Assembly (NCBI RefSeq): GCF_041956535.1 | Contig: NW_027192191.1 | Span: 1,127,443 to 1,191,442 of the forward strand | Reading direction: 5' to 3' | DNA length: 64,000 nucleotides | Source of the DNA: Calcarisporiella thermophila CBS 279.70 | Taxonomy: Eukaryota > Fungi > Calcarisporiellomycota | Shown: piece after piece, positions 1-11,693 of the stretch | Position numbering within the stretch: the first letter of the stretch is position 1 | How the letters are laid out: each line of letters begins with the position of its first letter | Program-made: the position numbers and the translations under genes | Notes under the pieces: model-generated | Told to the model about the DNA's origin: nothing | Databases searched by the model: none | What the model saw: only the letters and a program-made list of their open reading frames with translations

Positions 1-384
1 ACTTTAATGGAAGATCGAGCGGCTTAAAGAGGTATTGAACTGGTTTCATAGGCGAGACTCGGCCGAGGGCGTTTGAAAAACGGAGGAGAAAACTCCCATC
101 GTCTTGCGCGTGCAAACGATTGCGGTGAAGATGCCTGTTATCAGGCCTCGGCCACACGCAGTGGAGGGGAGAAGGGATGATCCCGTCAAAACTATAACAA
201 ACAGCCAACCCCCGAAAAAGAGGATCTTCCTAGTTTCTTGCAAAGTGCTTCTTTTTTGATAGGAGAGGGTCGAAGGCTCGAGGGCCCGAGCAATTATTTG
301 TCTGAGTTTCAATCGATGAGTTCATTAATAGAACCCTGGCAGGGCTAGCTTTCAACCTCCCTCTTCCCCACCATAGCCTGTTCC

Positions 385-1280
385 ATGCTCTCCATCATGA
401 ATCAGGGTGCTCTTCAACCGCGACCAATGGCTGCCGCTTTGAGTCGCTGCGGCTACGACTGCTCCTACACAGACTCCTCCAGTTGCACGTCAAGAGCCTC
501 TACGCCCGTACCGGGTGAGGAGGAGCCGCCCGCGAACCACAGGGGGGGTAGGCGGTTAAAGGCGGCAAGGAAGCAAGTCGCATACGTGGTGAATGGGGTC
601 AACATTCTGAACAGGTACTTTCCCCCTTTTTACTGCATATTGTATTTGGAGATGACCAAAATGGGATTAACTGTGCGAGTAGAAATGAAATCGACTCCAA
701 GACCACCATGGAGCGCATCATACGGCGACGCGAATGCCATAATAATGTCGAACGGCGGAGAAGAGACAACATCAATCAGCTTATCACCGAGATTGGCGAG
801 CTGATTCCCGCGCCGAACCAAGATAAGCGCAACAAGGGGGCAATACTTGGGCTGGCTGTCGAGTATATTCGCGTAAGCCAACGAGTCCTTTTATCGCATG
901 GGCCGCTGGCAAGACCACGGTGTTCTAACCAAGCACTTTACCCTTCACACTCACAATAGGAACTGCAGCAGATAAACCAGGCCCTCCTTACCACCTACAA
1001 ACAACAGCAGCGCCAGCGCAAGCAATCGCTGGCCCCTTATACTGCCCCACGAACTTCCGCCACCCTCTCGCCCGCGCTCGTTTTCGAACAGTCCAAACTC
1101 GCCCCCATCCCCGAACTCGGCCCACCCCATTCTATACATCAAGATATCAGGAGAGAGCATTACTCCATGTGTGGCCCCGCCCACAGCCAGATAGCCTCTG
1201 CCCTCCATCCCCTTACCGCAGAGTCAGGGTCGCTTTTTCCTCAATCCCTTGCCAAGGATACACCGCCTGAGCTACTCTGA
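385..1280 (+). CDS. bHLH transcription factor (USF/Cbf1/Rtg-like), 3 exons
   Basis: Splicing introns ~614-681 and ~872-959 gives ...NGVNILNRNEIDSKTTMERIIRRRECHNNVERRRRDNINQLITEIGELIP...NKGAILGLAVEYIRELQQ..., the bHLH basic region (HNxVERRRR) plus helix 2; stop TGA 1278-1280. Confidence 0.9.
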
Positions 1281-1732
1281 ATAGACAGTCCTATAGAAAC
1301 CTTATCCACTCCCGAAATCACCTGGCCCCAAAAGCGTGTATATACATGCATATATATATGTATACATCAAAAATGACATCTCCGGCCAATTCATCCTCAC
1401 CGCATGCTAGACATTTTCTCGCCCTCCTTGATTTCTCCCCTCACCATCCAAAAAAAAAGGCATTTTCTTTTCCCTATCCCTTTTTTTTTAAAAAAAAAAT
1501 ACGTAGCATTGCATTATAAGTAAAGGTGGTTTATATAATAAAAAAAACACTAAAGAAAAAAAAAAAAGAAAAACAACAAAGAATTAGATTTACTTTTACA
1601 AGTTGAATGAATAGTATTTTTTAATAAAAAAGAAGAGCCCAAAAAAATGGCATAGTAAATTCTACAAGAAAAATAAACAAGCAAGGGGGTCGTAGGAAAT
1701 AAACAATCAGGATTGGGTAGGGGCATGTCGAG

Positions 1733-4297
1733 CTATATATCCATGGACAGGATCTTCTTTGCCGGTCTGGATGGGTCGTCGGTTGCCTTTCGCCTTTCGC
1801 CCTTGGTGGGGGATATCGGGGATACGAGGGCTGGCACGTTTGCAATCGTTGGTACTGCCGTCGTGGATGGCAGAGGCTGCGCATAGAGTCCCGTCAAAGT
1901 CGCCAATGAATCGCCTCCGTCGGAAATAGGTCTCGGAACGATCAGAGCTCTCCCGCCCGCATCACCCATGGCGTACATTCGAAGTTGCGACGAGGGGGGA
2001 TTCTGGAGCCCGGCCATCGTATATTCTGAAGGCCGAGGAGCAATGGTTGGGGGATGCAAGGGTGGAGGCTTGGGGGGATTCTCTTGGAGCTTTAGCCATT
2101 TGGGTTTGCGGCCGCGTTTCTTTTTCTCTCGCGGAGGGACCAGCGTCTCAGGAGGGGGAGTCTGATGAGGAGTCGGAGGCTGGTATATGGAGGAGGAGGA
2201 AGAGGAGGAAGCTGAGGAAGTCGACAAACGAGGCCGCGGTATGTGTTGGCTTATAGAGGGAGGGGTATCCGCGACTGAAGCCACGGAAGAGGTACTAGGG
2301 CTTGCGTGTGGCAAGGAAGTGGATGCTTCATTCAGTTGGGACGATTCCAGAGCTTTCGATTCTTCCGTGGGCTGCATTGGGCCGGATTGGTGCAGTAGTT
2401 GGGAGAGCAAAGCTTTCTCTGCCTTGGACTTACGGCCACGTTTCTTTTTAATCGGGAGACCAGATGTTGACTGGGCGAGAGAGAGTTTGTCAGAAGGGGT
2501 TGTGCTGGTTTGTGTGGCCCCGGATGGCTGTGATCGTGAGGATATAGATGATTTCGGTGCCGAGGACTCTCTCCACTGAGGTGAGGAGTCATTTTGTGAA
2601 GCCTGTTCTGGGGTGGATATCTGATTTTGTGATGCTTGCTGTGCCTGCAGTGCCTGTTGTGCCAATTGGGCCTTGAGCCAATTGGGCTTTCTTCCTCGCT
2701 TTTTTTTCAAAGGCAATTCTACTTGCTGCACTTGCGGTTGCTGGGCATTTTGTTTTTGCTCCTGCTGCTGCTTCTGCGGATCTTTTACAGGTACCACGTG
2801 AGATGTAGTATAGGTGGACACCAGCTTCCCAGGATAGCTTCCACCATACAAGGATAGTGGGGTGACACTGGGCGGCTTCATCAGTTTTTCATATAACGAT
2901 TCTACTGTGCGGGGCTTGCGTCCTCTCTTCTTCTTCTCAGTAGGCAGATTGCTTCCCGCAGAACTTGCTAAGGCTGGTGCACCGTCTTTTGAGGCACTCG
3001 AAGAGCACACAGGAGCTGCACTGCTCTGAGAGGCTAGATTGGATAAAGTCGAAGTAGGCGCGGCTGTATCTGCCACCTTGCTCTGATTTGCCTGAAGCTG
3101 AGCAGCCATCTGAGCCTTTAACCAATTCGGCTTACGCCCGCGCTTCTTCTTCATTGGCACGCCGCCCACCGACCCAGGGAGGGATGGGGTGCCAGCCGGG
3201 GTTGGAGCGGAGGTAGGCGGCAATGTGTTATTACCCTGGGTATCGACTGGTCTCGAGGAGGGTGGCGCAAGAGACACTTTTGTTTCCAACTGCGCAGGTG
3301 GTTGAGCGGGTGCTCTATGTGGAGCAGACAAATGAAAGACGGGCTCTTTACTAGGCGCTTGGCTGTCGAGCACCGTCGTAGGCAAAATGATGAAGTCGGA
3401 CACCCGTGGCGGACCCTCTGTCCCCTCCGCCTGCGGCAGTATCGGGGGAGAAACCGATACGTGCATGGGTGGTGACGAAGAAAGCACTACTTCCCTCTCC
3501 ACCTCGCTGCTCCACTCATCGCCATTCTGCGATCCGCCCTCCAAGTACGGCTCATCCTCTCCGTCAAATCGCAACTCCCTTCCTATATCCACCATCGTTT
3601 CTTTCTCTACCTCTCTCCACCCATCCTTCTCATCTTCCTCTGCGTCCACCTCTTCTTCCGACTCTTCCCCCTCTGAATAATCCTCTTCCCCTCCAAGCGT
3701 AAGTGAAAACACCTTTGGCGCCTTTCCCGATGCCCCGATATCGAAAGGCCGAGGTGCCCTCTGGTCGACAACGCCGGCCTCCGCTCCATGTTCGATTTCA
3801 TCCATATCTTCCTCAGCGCCGCGATCATAATGCATGAATGTATCCTCACGCGTCAGCTGAGGCCGGACGCGAGGCTCAAGCCGTAACGGGTGGACTTCTT
3901 CTGCGTCTTTCTCAAACTCGGCAAGCTCTTCCGTGAAAAGCTCGCATTTCCCTTTCCCCTTTTCTTCTGCCGTGAATCTCCTCTCTCCTCCCTCCATGTT
4001 CGCTCTCTCGTTTATCTGCTTTTCCCCATTACCTTGCTCCTCCATGATTGTCCCTTCGTCATACGAGTCGTAGTCGGTCAAAGAAAATGGCCTGTAGTTG
4101 GCTGAGCTGGCCAATGAGCCATTACTAATAAGAAGCACCACATCGTCGTTCTCAGCCTCCGCATCGGAGCTGGCATTCTTGTCGTACATTATGGGTTGTT
4201 TGGGTCGCATGTGCCCTGGGTGGAAGCCGTCACTATATCCAGCGACTGGTGCATAAATGGGATGGCTCACGGTCGACACCGACAAATCCTCATCCAT
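1733..4297 (-). CDS. Intronless low-complexity nuclear protein with five AT-hook-like KKKRGRK(P/S) motifs and an acidic N-terminal half
   Basis: 854-aa ORF; KKKRGRKPNWLKAQ twice, plus KKKRGRKPR, KKKRGRKSK and KKKRGRKPKWLK; S/P/Q-rich linkers. Confidence 0.85.
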   Translation of the reverse strand: MDEDLSVSTVSHPIYAPVAGYSDGFHPGHMRPKQPIMYDKNASSDAEAENDDVVLLISNGSLASSANYRPFSLTDYDSYDEGTIMEEQGNGEKQINERANMEGGERRFTAEEKGKGKCELFTEELAEFEKDAEEVHPLRLEPRVRPQLTREDTFMHYDRGAEEDMDEIEHGAEAGVVDQRAPRPFDIGASGKAPKVFSLTLGGEEDYSEGEESEEEVDAEEDEKDGWREVEKETMVDIGRELRFDGEDEPYLEGGSQNGDEWSSEVEREVVLSSSPPMHVSVSPPILPQAEGTEGPPRVSDFIILPTTVLDSQAPSKEPVFHLSAPHRAPAQPPAQLETKVSLAPPSSRPVDTQGNNTLPPTSAPTPAGTPSLPGSVGGVPMKKKRGRKPNWLKAQMAAQLQANQSKVADTAAPTSTLSNLASQSSAAPVCSSSASKDGAPALASSAGSNLPTEKKKRGRKPRTVESLYEKLMKPPSVTPLSLYGGSYPGKLVSTYTTSHVVPVKDPQKQQQEQKQNAQQPQVQQVELPLKKKRGRKPNWLKAQLAQQALQAQQASQNQISTPEQASQNDSSPQWRESSAPKSSISSRSQPSGATQTSTTPSDKLSLAQSTSGLPIKKKRGRKSKAEKALLSQLLHQSGPMQPTEESKALESSQLNEASTSLPHASPSTSSVASVADTPPSISQHIPRPRLSTSSASSSSSSSIYQPPTPHQTPPPETLVPPREKKKRGRKPKWLKLQENPPKPPPLHPPTIAPRPSEYTMAGLQNPPSSQLRMYAMGDAGGRALIVPRPISDGGDSLATLTGLYAQPLPSTTAVPTIANVPALVSPISPTKGERRKATDDPSRPAKKILSMDI

Positions 4298-4953
4298 GAC
4301 AATTTTATATGCGAGCTATCGAATAAAACTGCCTGGAACGAAGAGGCAAAAAGATAGGGTGGCAAATGCTCTCTTAAAAGGATTATTAAAGAGGATGACC
4401 TCCAGTAGATTATTTTTGATTTTCTTTTGAAGGTGTTTCGCGTTTTTTCAAAAAATTAAAAGATGATTCGTGGGTCCTTAAAAATTGAGTGCTGCGCCGA
4501 ATTTTTATTTTCGAAATCGCCTCGAGAGCCGAGAAAGGGGCCAAGAGGGGGGAGCTACCCAACCCTGCAAGTCCCTGCTCGGCTCCTGTGACTCCGATAG
4601 AGAAGAAACAATCCAGCAAGGTCGCGCTCCAATAGCAGAACCATCCTTGGCTATAACAATGGATGAGCTAGGAATTATATAAATGAATATGGATATATTT
4701 ATTATCAAATAGTCGTAGGATTACACAACAACCTGAAGGGGGAAAAAAAAAATTATACAGACAGAGTAAGTTAAAAAATATTAATATAAAGAAAAAAGAA
4801 AAGCCGATTTCAATCCCGAGCTCAAAAGGGATGGACTGGTGTGCTATTAAAGGGAAATTTAGTATCGCACGGTCCCCTTCGACACGGTTCACAGTCTAGT
4901 CATCATCATCGTATAACAAATAGATAGATTTTATAGCATTAAATACGCCGCTT

Positions 4954-7628
4954 CTATTTCTGCTGCCGCCGCTGCATGGTCGCGTAGTCGGTCACCTCCA
5001 TTTGGGGAGCGCCGTCCCGCTCTTGGCCGACGATCTGGGACCAGTAGTTTTGGTACGGCAACCTGCGGTGTTTTTTCCGCAGTTCCTTGGGCGGAGGGGG
5101 GCTCAGCGGCGAGAGCTTCTCGCACGACACCTCCTCGTTCAGGATCTCGTCGGGGCCGAAGCTCTGCCCACTCAGGCTCTCGGTCATGCTGGTCTCTCCG
5201 GTGAACACGCTTAGCTTCTCGTCCCTCAGCAGGTCGAGCTCGAGCAGCGCGGTGTGAAGTTTGAAGAGCAGGGTGCCGTGCAAACTGAATTTGCCGCGGC
5301 CCGTGGGGCGGTGGTTGCTGTGCAGCACCTTTTCGTATTCTAAGCGGGCCAGCTCCAGCTTCCCCAGGCACATGTACGTTCTCCCGAGTTCGTAGCGCGC
5401 GTAATAGGCAACGTAGTGGTCGTAGTGGATCTTGGGGGCGTGGGCCAGCGCGGTGTTGAATGCGTTCAGCGCAAGATGATAATAGGCCTCGTAAGGGGGC
5501 GGGGTCATGGTATTGCTCCTTGGCAGGAAGGCGAGGCGAGAGGCGATGACGCCCTGCAGGAAGTATCCCAGGCAGAAGTCGTCCCAGAAGTTGATGTAGA
5601 CGGACGAGTCCTCCGTCTGGACCTTGGATGGGGTGGTCGACCGCGAGCGGGACGACTTCTCCGACAGGGTCGAGGAGATCGAGAGCCGGCGGGCGCGCAA
5701 TTTTCGGGGCGAGCCCGGCTTGGAGGTCTCCGGGATAATCCCCTGCTCGCGGATGACTTCCAGGCGTGCGAGCTCTCGGCTGACGACCTCCAGCGCCTGG
5801 TGCAGCTCGTCCACCCCCATGAAGTCGTAGCAGTTCCACATGTAGAGGTACTCGTACCCGGGGAGGAAGAGGCGGTTCCCCTGCTCGATGAACTTGCGTG
5901 CCTTCCTAGCTACAAATTTCTGTCAAAAGGGAGAGACCTCGTTAGCCCATGCTATGCCATTGGGGAGAGGGAGGGGAGGAGGAGGGGAGGGGGGGGGGGG
6001 GGTCGGAGTGGCCTACCTCTGACGGAATCGATTTTCCGGAGAACTTTTGCAATAGCGAGGGCACGTTCTCCATGATCTGGACGATCTGCTCCTTGTCTTC
6101 TTCCCGGCCCAGCATATACATGGCGATGGCCTTGTGGTAGCTGTAGATCGACTTGGTCCACAGGCTCTCCTTGGCGAGCACGTCGATGGTGTAGAGGGCG
6201 TTCCTCCAATCCTGCATGCTGCTGTAGCAGACAAACAGCTCCCAGTAGCACACGTGGTGGAGCTGTTTCCATTCCTTCTGCTTGTGGATGGAGAATTCGT
6301 AGTGCTGGATGGCGGCGGGGATGTTGTGTCTATGCGCGGAGAAGCAAGCCATTAGTACCGCCAGGGTCCCGTTCGGGGGAGGGATCGCGCACACTTACCG
6401 GAACTGGTGGATTTTGCCCGCGAAGTACATGAAGATCACGCTGTTGGGGTACAGCTCGATGTTGAAGTTGGTGATTTTGATGGCGATGGTCAGATCGAAG
6501 TGGGAGTTGGTGACGAACCCGGACACGATCAGGTGGAACACCAGCAGCATGATGTCGCAGAACTGCCTGCGGATACCCTGGCTGGCCATCGGATCGCAGG
6601 GCGCGGGCGTGTCGGGGATATCCTTTGGGTCGTGCGTCCAGCCGCCGATGGCCTCGAGGGTGGCCAGCCCCAGGACCCGGTCGCCCGAGAACCCGACGAT
6701 TTCGAGGAGCTTGAGCAGCCGGGTGGGGAAGAACGAGAGAATCACGTTGAAGATGCCGATCCCCAGGGCGACGCCGGACGTGAAGTGATAGTCGATCTGG
6801 TAGTGCGAGATGTCGACTCCTTTCTCGGCCTCGGCCTCGACGACATCCAGGAACTTCTGCAGCGAGCGGTACGTGCTGTAGCTCTGGCGCACGTAGAAGC
6901 CCTCGCGCAACAAGCCCCAGATGCCCTCGTCCCGGATCACGCACAGTATGGCCATGAACATGTGGCTCTCGGCGAACACCAGTTCCTAGCCCACAAACAC
7001 GGTTAGGCCGAAGAAAATGAAAAATGCCCGAGAGGCAAGGGGGGGGGGGGGAGGGGAGCAAACTTACCGCATGCCGCTGCCGCGGCGTCATGGACTTGAG
7101 ATGGCGAATGGAGGGGCCGCCGCGCACCAGGCTTGTGACGCTGCCGAAAATGGAGTCCTTTTTCCGCATGGAGTTGGCGAGATTGATGGTGTTGTTGAAT
7201 GCCTTCATGGCGGTGTCAAGATCATCCTGGTGGAAGGTGAGCAGGGCGCGAAAGCAGGACAGCACGCCGTAGCCCAGGGTGAAGTAGAGGGAGGTTCCGT
7301 AGCCCTTCAGCAGCAGTGATTCGGCATCGTTCATCCGGGAATCGAGGAACAGATCGAGCGCGCGACGCACGCTGGCAATCTCGGCAAACAGATCGGATGT
7401 GAGATTGGGATCGAAGTTGAAGTCGGATTGCGATTCGATGGGCTCCGAGACGCTCGCGGCGCCGAGATTGGGCGAGGAGTTTGAGGAGGGGAAGGAGGCC
7501 TTGGCCCGGAGAAATTCGAGGGAATGGAGATACGTCTGATTGCCCGACGCGGGCTGGTACGAGTCATCGCGGGTGCCGTAGCGCTGGTCGATCCAGCGCT
7601 CGGCGGGGCGTTTGCCGAACGAGGACAT
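4954..7628 (-). CDS. IML2: IML2/TTC39 family TPR protein, 4 exons
   Basis: Spliced ORFs 6330-7628, 6395-6979, 5942-6394 and 4954-5841 carry family-typical segments (FTSGVALGIGIFNVILSFFPTRLLKLLEIVGFSGDR, QKEWKQLHHVCYWEL, GKSIPSEKFVARK, YARYELG); GT-AG introns visible. Confidence 0.9.
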
Positions 7629-8203
7629 GGTGGAAGCTTTGGGAGGAGCGATGGCGGGGGGCGTTGATCAAGAAGGCTCGGAGATGGCGAGGGGAATGGA
7701 CTGCGAAGCGAGCACTTGGAACAAGGGAAAAAAAAAAAGCAACCTCTTAATACTCCAAAGCGGGAAAGGCCAGCTCGTCTGAGGCGGGCAAAGTGAACTG
7801 CACGACTCTGTTTGGGGGCACGAAATTGAGGCAGCCAAATGAATCTGAAGTCTCGGCCTCACCCCTTGCCTCTGGCCTATCCCGTGGAGAAACTTGCGCA
7901 ATGATCGGCGGAATTGAAGTCTAAATGAGCGGGCCCGCCGACTCATTCGCCGGCCCTTCCCCCCCACACCGGCCCTTTCGGGTGGTTTGGCCCGTCGCAC
8001 GACCCAGGCCCTGCGCGCGATAGGTCTGCGCGAGGCAAGTGATCTCACCGATCGAGCAGCCTGCAGCTTGATGGCTCGTCTCCTTAATTGCAATCTGTGT
8101 AACGCCTCTGGCCCCAAGGCTTGCGAGCGGTGGCGGCTTAGCTCATGCCGCAGGGCTTGCAGCGTCATCCTTGGGCCTCGAGCTAGGTTAAGCTTTGCAA
8201 AGC

Positions 8204-9652
8204 ATGTCAGATCTGGCCTTCTCCTCGCAACCTGCGGCGGCCGCCCGCCGCATCGACTTGAGTAAGTCGCCGTCCTGCTTTCTCCCCATTGTGCGCCCGC
8301 TAATCCTCCCCTCTCCTCTTTCTCTCCTCTCCAGCGCGGCCGCGCTACGACCAGTCCTCCTACTGGGGCCGCCTCCTCCATTTCATGGATGTCACCGATC
8401 CCCGCACCCTGTTTGTCTCCAGCAGGCGGCTCGCCGAGGCTAAGCAACTCATGGACGACTACCGCGCCGGCCGTGCGGTCAGAGCCAGCGAGGACGAGCT
8501 GTGGAAGGCAAAAAAGAGTACATGCCCGCAACCGCTGCCGATCTGGCCCATCAACCCCAACTGACTAGATCCTCTGCCTTTTTCCCTTTCCCCTTAGTTG
8601 TTGACTCAACGCTGCATCCAGACACCGGCAAGCCGATTTTCCTGCCATGGCGGATGAGCTCATTTGTGCCAACCAACATGCTCATTCTCTTTGGGATGCT
8701 TTTACCCAATCCATCGGTATTAAATATTCATTTCCTTTTTCAAGCTAGACTTTGCACAAAAACTTAACCTTTTTTTTTGGCATGCCCTCGTGCAGATCAA
8801 GAGCATCATCTTCTGGCAATGGGCTAACCAAAGCGTCAATGTGGCCATCAATTTTGCAAATGCCAATAAAACCACCGAGATGAGCCTGAAAGAGACCGGA
8901 AGTAAGTAAACCCGGAGGCCACTCTCGCTTCTAGAACCATCTCACTCAGCCCTCTCCATCTCCTTAAGTTGCCTATGCCGCGGCCGTGACCACCTCGTGC
9001 GGACTTGCCGTGGGCCTGAACCAGGCCGTGCCCCGCCTGCGCAAGATCTCTCCCACCGTGCGGGGCGTGCTTACCCGCCTCGTCCCCTTCGTCGCGGTTG
9101 CCGCAGCCGGAACGGTGAACGTGTATTTGATGCGCTGGAAGGAACTCCGGTAATACCCGCTGGATGACCCCAAACTATCCCCGATCCCTCTCACCTCTGT
9201 TGAATCTGTAGGGATGGCATCGATGTCTTGGATGCACAAGGCCAGAGTCTTGGGCGGTCCCAGAAGGCAGGCTCCTCTGCTGTCGGCCAGGTTGCCATCT
9301 CTAGAGTCCTCACCTCGATGCCGGCCCTGCTCATTCCCCCGCTCATCATGGGCCAACTGGAGCGCACGCGCTTCATTCGCAACCGGCCTTACTTGGCCAC
9401 CCCAATTAACTTCGGTAACCACGACGCATCTTTCATCCCACCATGCGGTGGAGACTGGGTCACCGATGCTAATCCTTTTCCCCTTCCATAGGCGTCATTG
9501 GGTTGACCCTGATGACCGCGCTTCCCATGGCCATTGCCGTGTTCCCCCAGCGCGCCACCGTGCCCGTGACCAGCCTTGAGGAGCGTTTCCACCACCTGAA
9601 GGACTCTCTTGGAAGGCCGGTGACCACCGTTACTTACAACAAGGGACTTTAG
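8204..9652 (+). CDS. FSF1: Sideroflexin (mitochondrial tricarboxylate/serine carrier), multi-exon
   Basis: RYDQSSYWGRLLHFMDVTDPRTL, DSTLHPDTGKPIFLPWRMSSFVPTN, FWQWANQSVNVAINFANAN, LVPFVAVAAAG, and C-terminal YNKGL* are sideroflexin motifs. Confidence 0.93.
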
Positions 9653-9884
9653 ACGGATTATAGACGTGCCTCTGTTGGATGTTTTATTTCAGCTCTCTTA
9701 CACTCCCCTTCCCTCCCCTCTCTCTCTCTATTTCCTAGCCAATGAATCCTCATCAATGCAGCATCTAGTTGTGTTTTGTTTTTCATTGGGAATAGGCTGT
9801 ATTATAAGATAATAGATAAGGCTATTGAACACAATGGAACAATAAAATCGAATTTAGAACTGCTTCCTCGGGAAATAAATTAGG

Positions 9885-10857
9885 TCAGATCTTCGACAGC
9901 CGCAACGCGCCATCCAGCCGAATCACGCCTCCATTGAGGTAGCGGTTCTGGATAATGTGCATGGCCAGCTGGGCGAATTCTTCGGGTCGACCCGGACGCT
10001 CCGGAAACTCGAGCGTGTGGGCGATCTTATGGTATACTGGATGGTCTCTGGACATCATACTCGTTTCTACAGAAAAAACAATAGCGCCGTCCGCCAGTCC
10101 GTAAGCTTGGGGTTGCTTTGCCCAACACGGCCGGTTTGCTTACCAAACATCCCGGGGGCAATCGTCATCGCGCGCACTCCCGCTTTCGCCAAATCTCTTG
10201 CGACCGGCAGGGTCAGGGACGAGACCCCCCCCTTCGATGCCGCATAGGAGGCCTGGCCCTTCTGCCCGTCCTGGTACGCCACGGAGGACACGCTGATCAG
10301 CACCCCGCGCTCACCTGGATCCGTCGACATTAGTTTACCATAAAAGTCTCCCGGAGAGCGGCTAAACCACTGCCTTACCGTCCTCGTCGGGCTCCAGCCG
10401 GACCAACCGAGAGGCCACCAACCGCCACACATTAAAGGTGCCCACCAGATTAACCTCAATCACCTCTCGAAATGTGTCCAAATTACAGGGCGTACCATCT
10501 CGTTCCACGATCTTTCCGAGCCCAATAATGCCCCCGCAATGCACTACCCCACGAATGGAGCCAAACCGGGAGACCGCTTGGTCAATGGCTGCATCCACCT
10601 CCTGCTCGGATGTGATGTCAACTTTGCCCGGCCACAATGCACGAGAACCGAGCTCCTCCGCAAGACGCTCGCCCCAACTTTCATTCACATCGATGAGCAG
10701 AACATTGGCTCCATTCGCAACGAGAAGGCGGGCGGTTGCCTCGCCCAATCCACTTGCCCTACATACAACCATTAGCCATCGAGCCCATTGTGCATTCGAA
10801 AAGGAGCCACTATACTAACGCTCCAGTAACCGCAAACGTGTTTCCTTCGACCTTCAT
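9885..10857 (-). CDS. HSD17B10-like short-chain dehydrogenase (3-hydroxyacyl-CoA dehydrogenase type 2)
   Basis: VTGA|ASGLG nucleotide-binding motif, [37 protein letters not shown] (YxxxK), ends [16 protein letters not shown]. Confidence 0.92.
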
Positions 10858-11693
10858 GATGCTTTTCTCAAAAAACCAATGTTCCATAGACCCTTAATGT
10901 CTCTTAAATAAAGTATCCCTGGAAAATAGCACGTGCCTTTTCGATTCCATGTGAACCGGCCCGAGATGCAAACCAGAAATCTGCGGAAAAAAAAAAGATT
11001 TCTCGGTTCGGGCCATGCTTTTCATCTATTTTTTTTTTTAAACACGCACGAAAAAAGTGAAAGTTGAACCTATCCTCGAAGCTATTTAACCGATGTCGGT
11101 GGGAGGGATGAAGGCTCGGGATGGCTCTAAGGGATCCTTCGAATGGGAACACCGGCGGGCTACTTCGCAAGAGACCGTGATTAGAATCCGGCCGCATCCT
11201 TTCCGAACTCGAACACTTTATCCTTCACCCCCTCTCTTTCGCAAAAGATTTACCGGAACATCGACGAGATAATAAGAGAGGACGCAAAGAGATGCAGGGA
11301 GATGCAGCCCAACCGCAGATTCGTTCAAAGGACAGCAGCCCCAAGGTGGACCTGGGCCTTTTTGGCGGTTGAAGAAAGGACAAAAAGACTTCATACAAGA
11401 CCAGTCGCGGGATGAAGGGCAGGTTTAATGCTCATTTCAGCGACCCGAAATATCTCTTCTCTAATCTGAAGATGGATTTTACTGGTTTACATAGAAATAA
11501 ATATTAGTATTATATATAGGCGAGATAAAAGAGAAAGTATCAAAGCGAATGAAAAAAAAAAAAATGTATATAAGAAATTGACGCAATAAAAAAGTCTAAA
11601 AAAACAAAGCAACCAAAGCCCCCATCGTCTATGAACAAGAACAAACTTTTGTGCAAATAAAAAACCGCTTTCAGCCCTTGGATCATAACCATT

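Noticed and set aside
4931-7750. Many long overlapping and antisense ORFs over IML2 (e.g. 4931-5839, 5416-6075, 6407-7006)
   Set aside because: Expected shadows of very high GC3 coding sequence; Arg/Pro/Gly-rich with no domain signal.
7668-8531. 287-aa minus-strand ORF spanning the IML2/sideroflexin divergent promoter
   Set aside because: Arg/Ala-rich, antisense to sideroflexin exons, GC-rich region; no recognisable protein.
11405-11470. GGATGA...CTGA spacing suggestive of a snoRNA
   Set aside because: Box C is non-canonical, with no recognisable guide or terminal stem.
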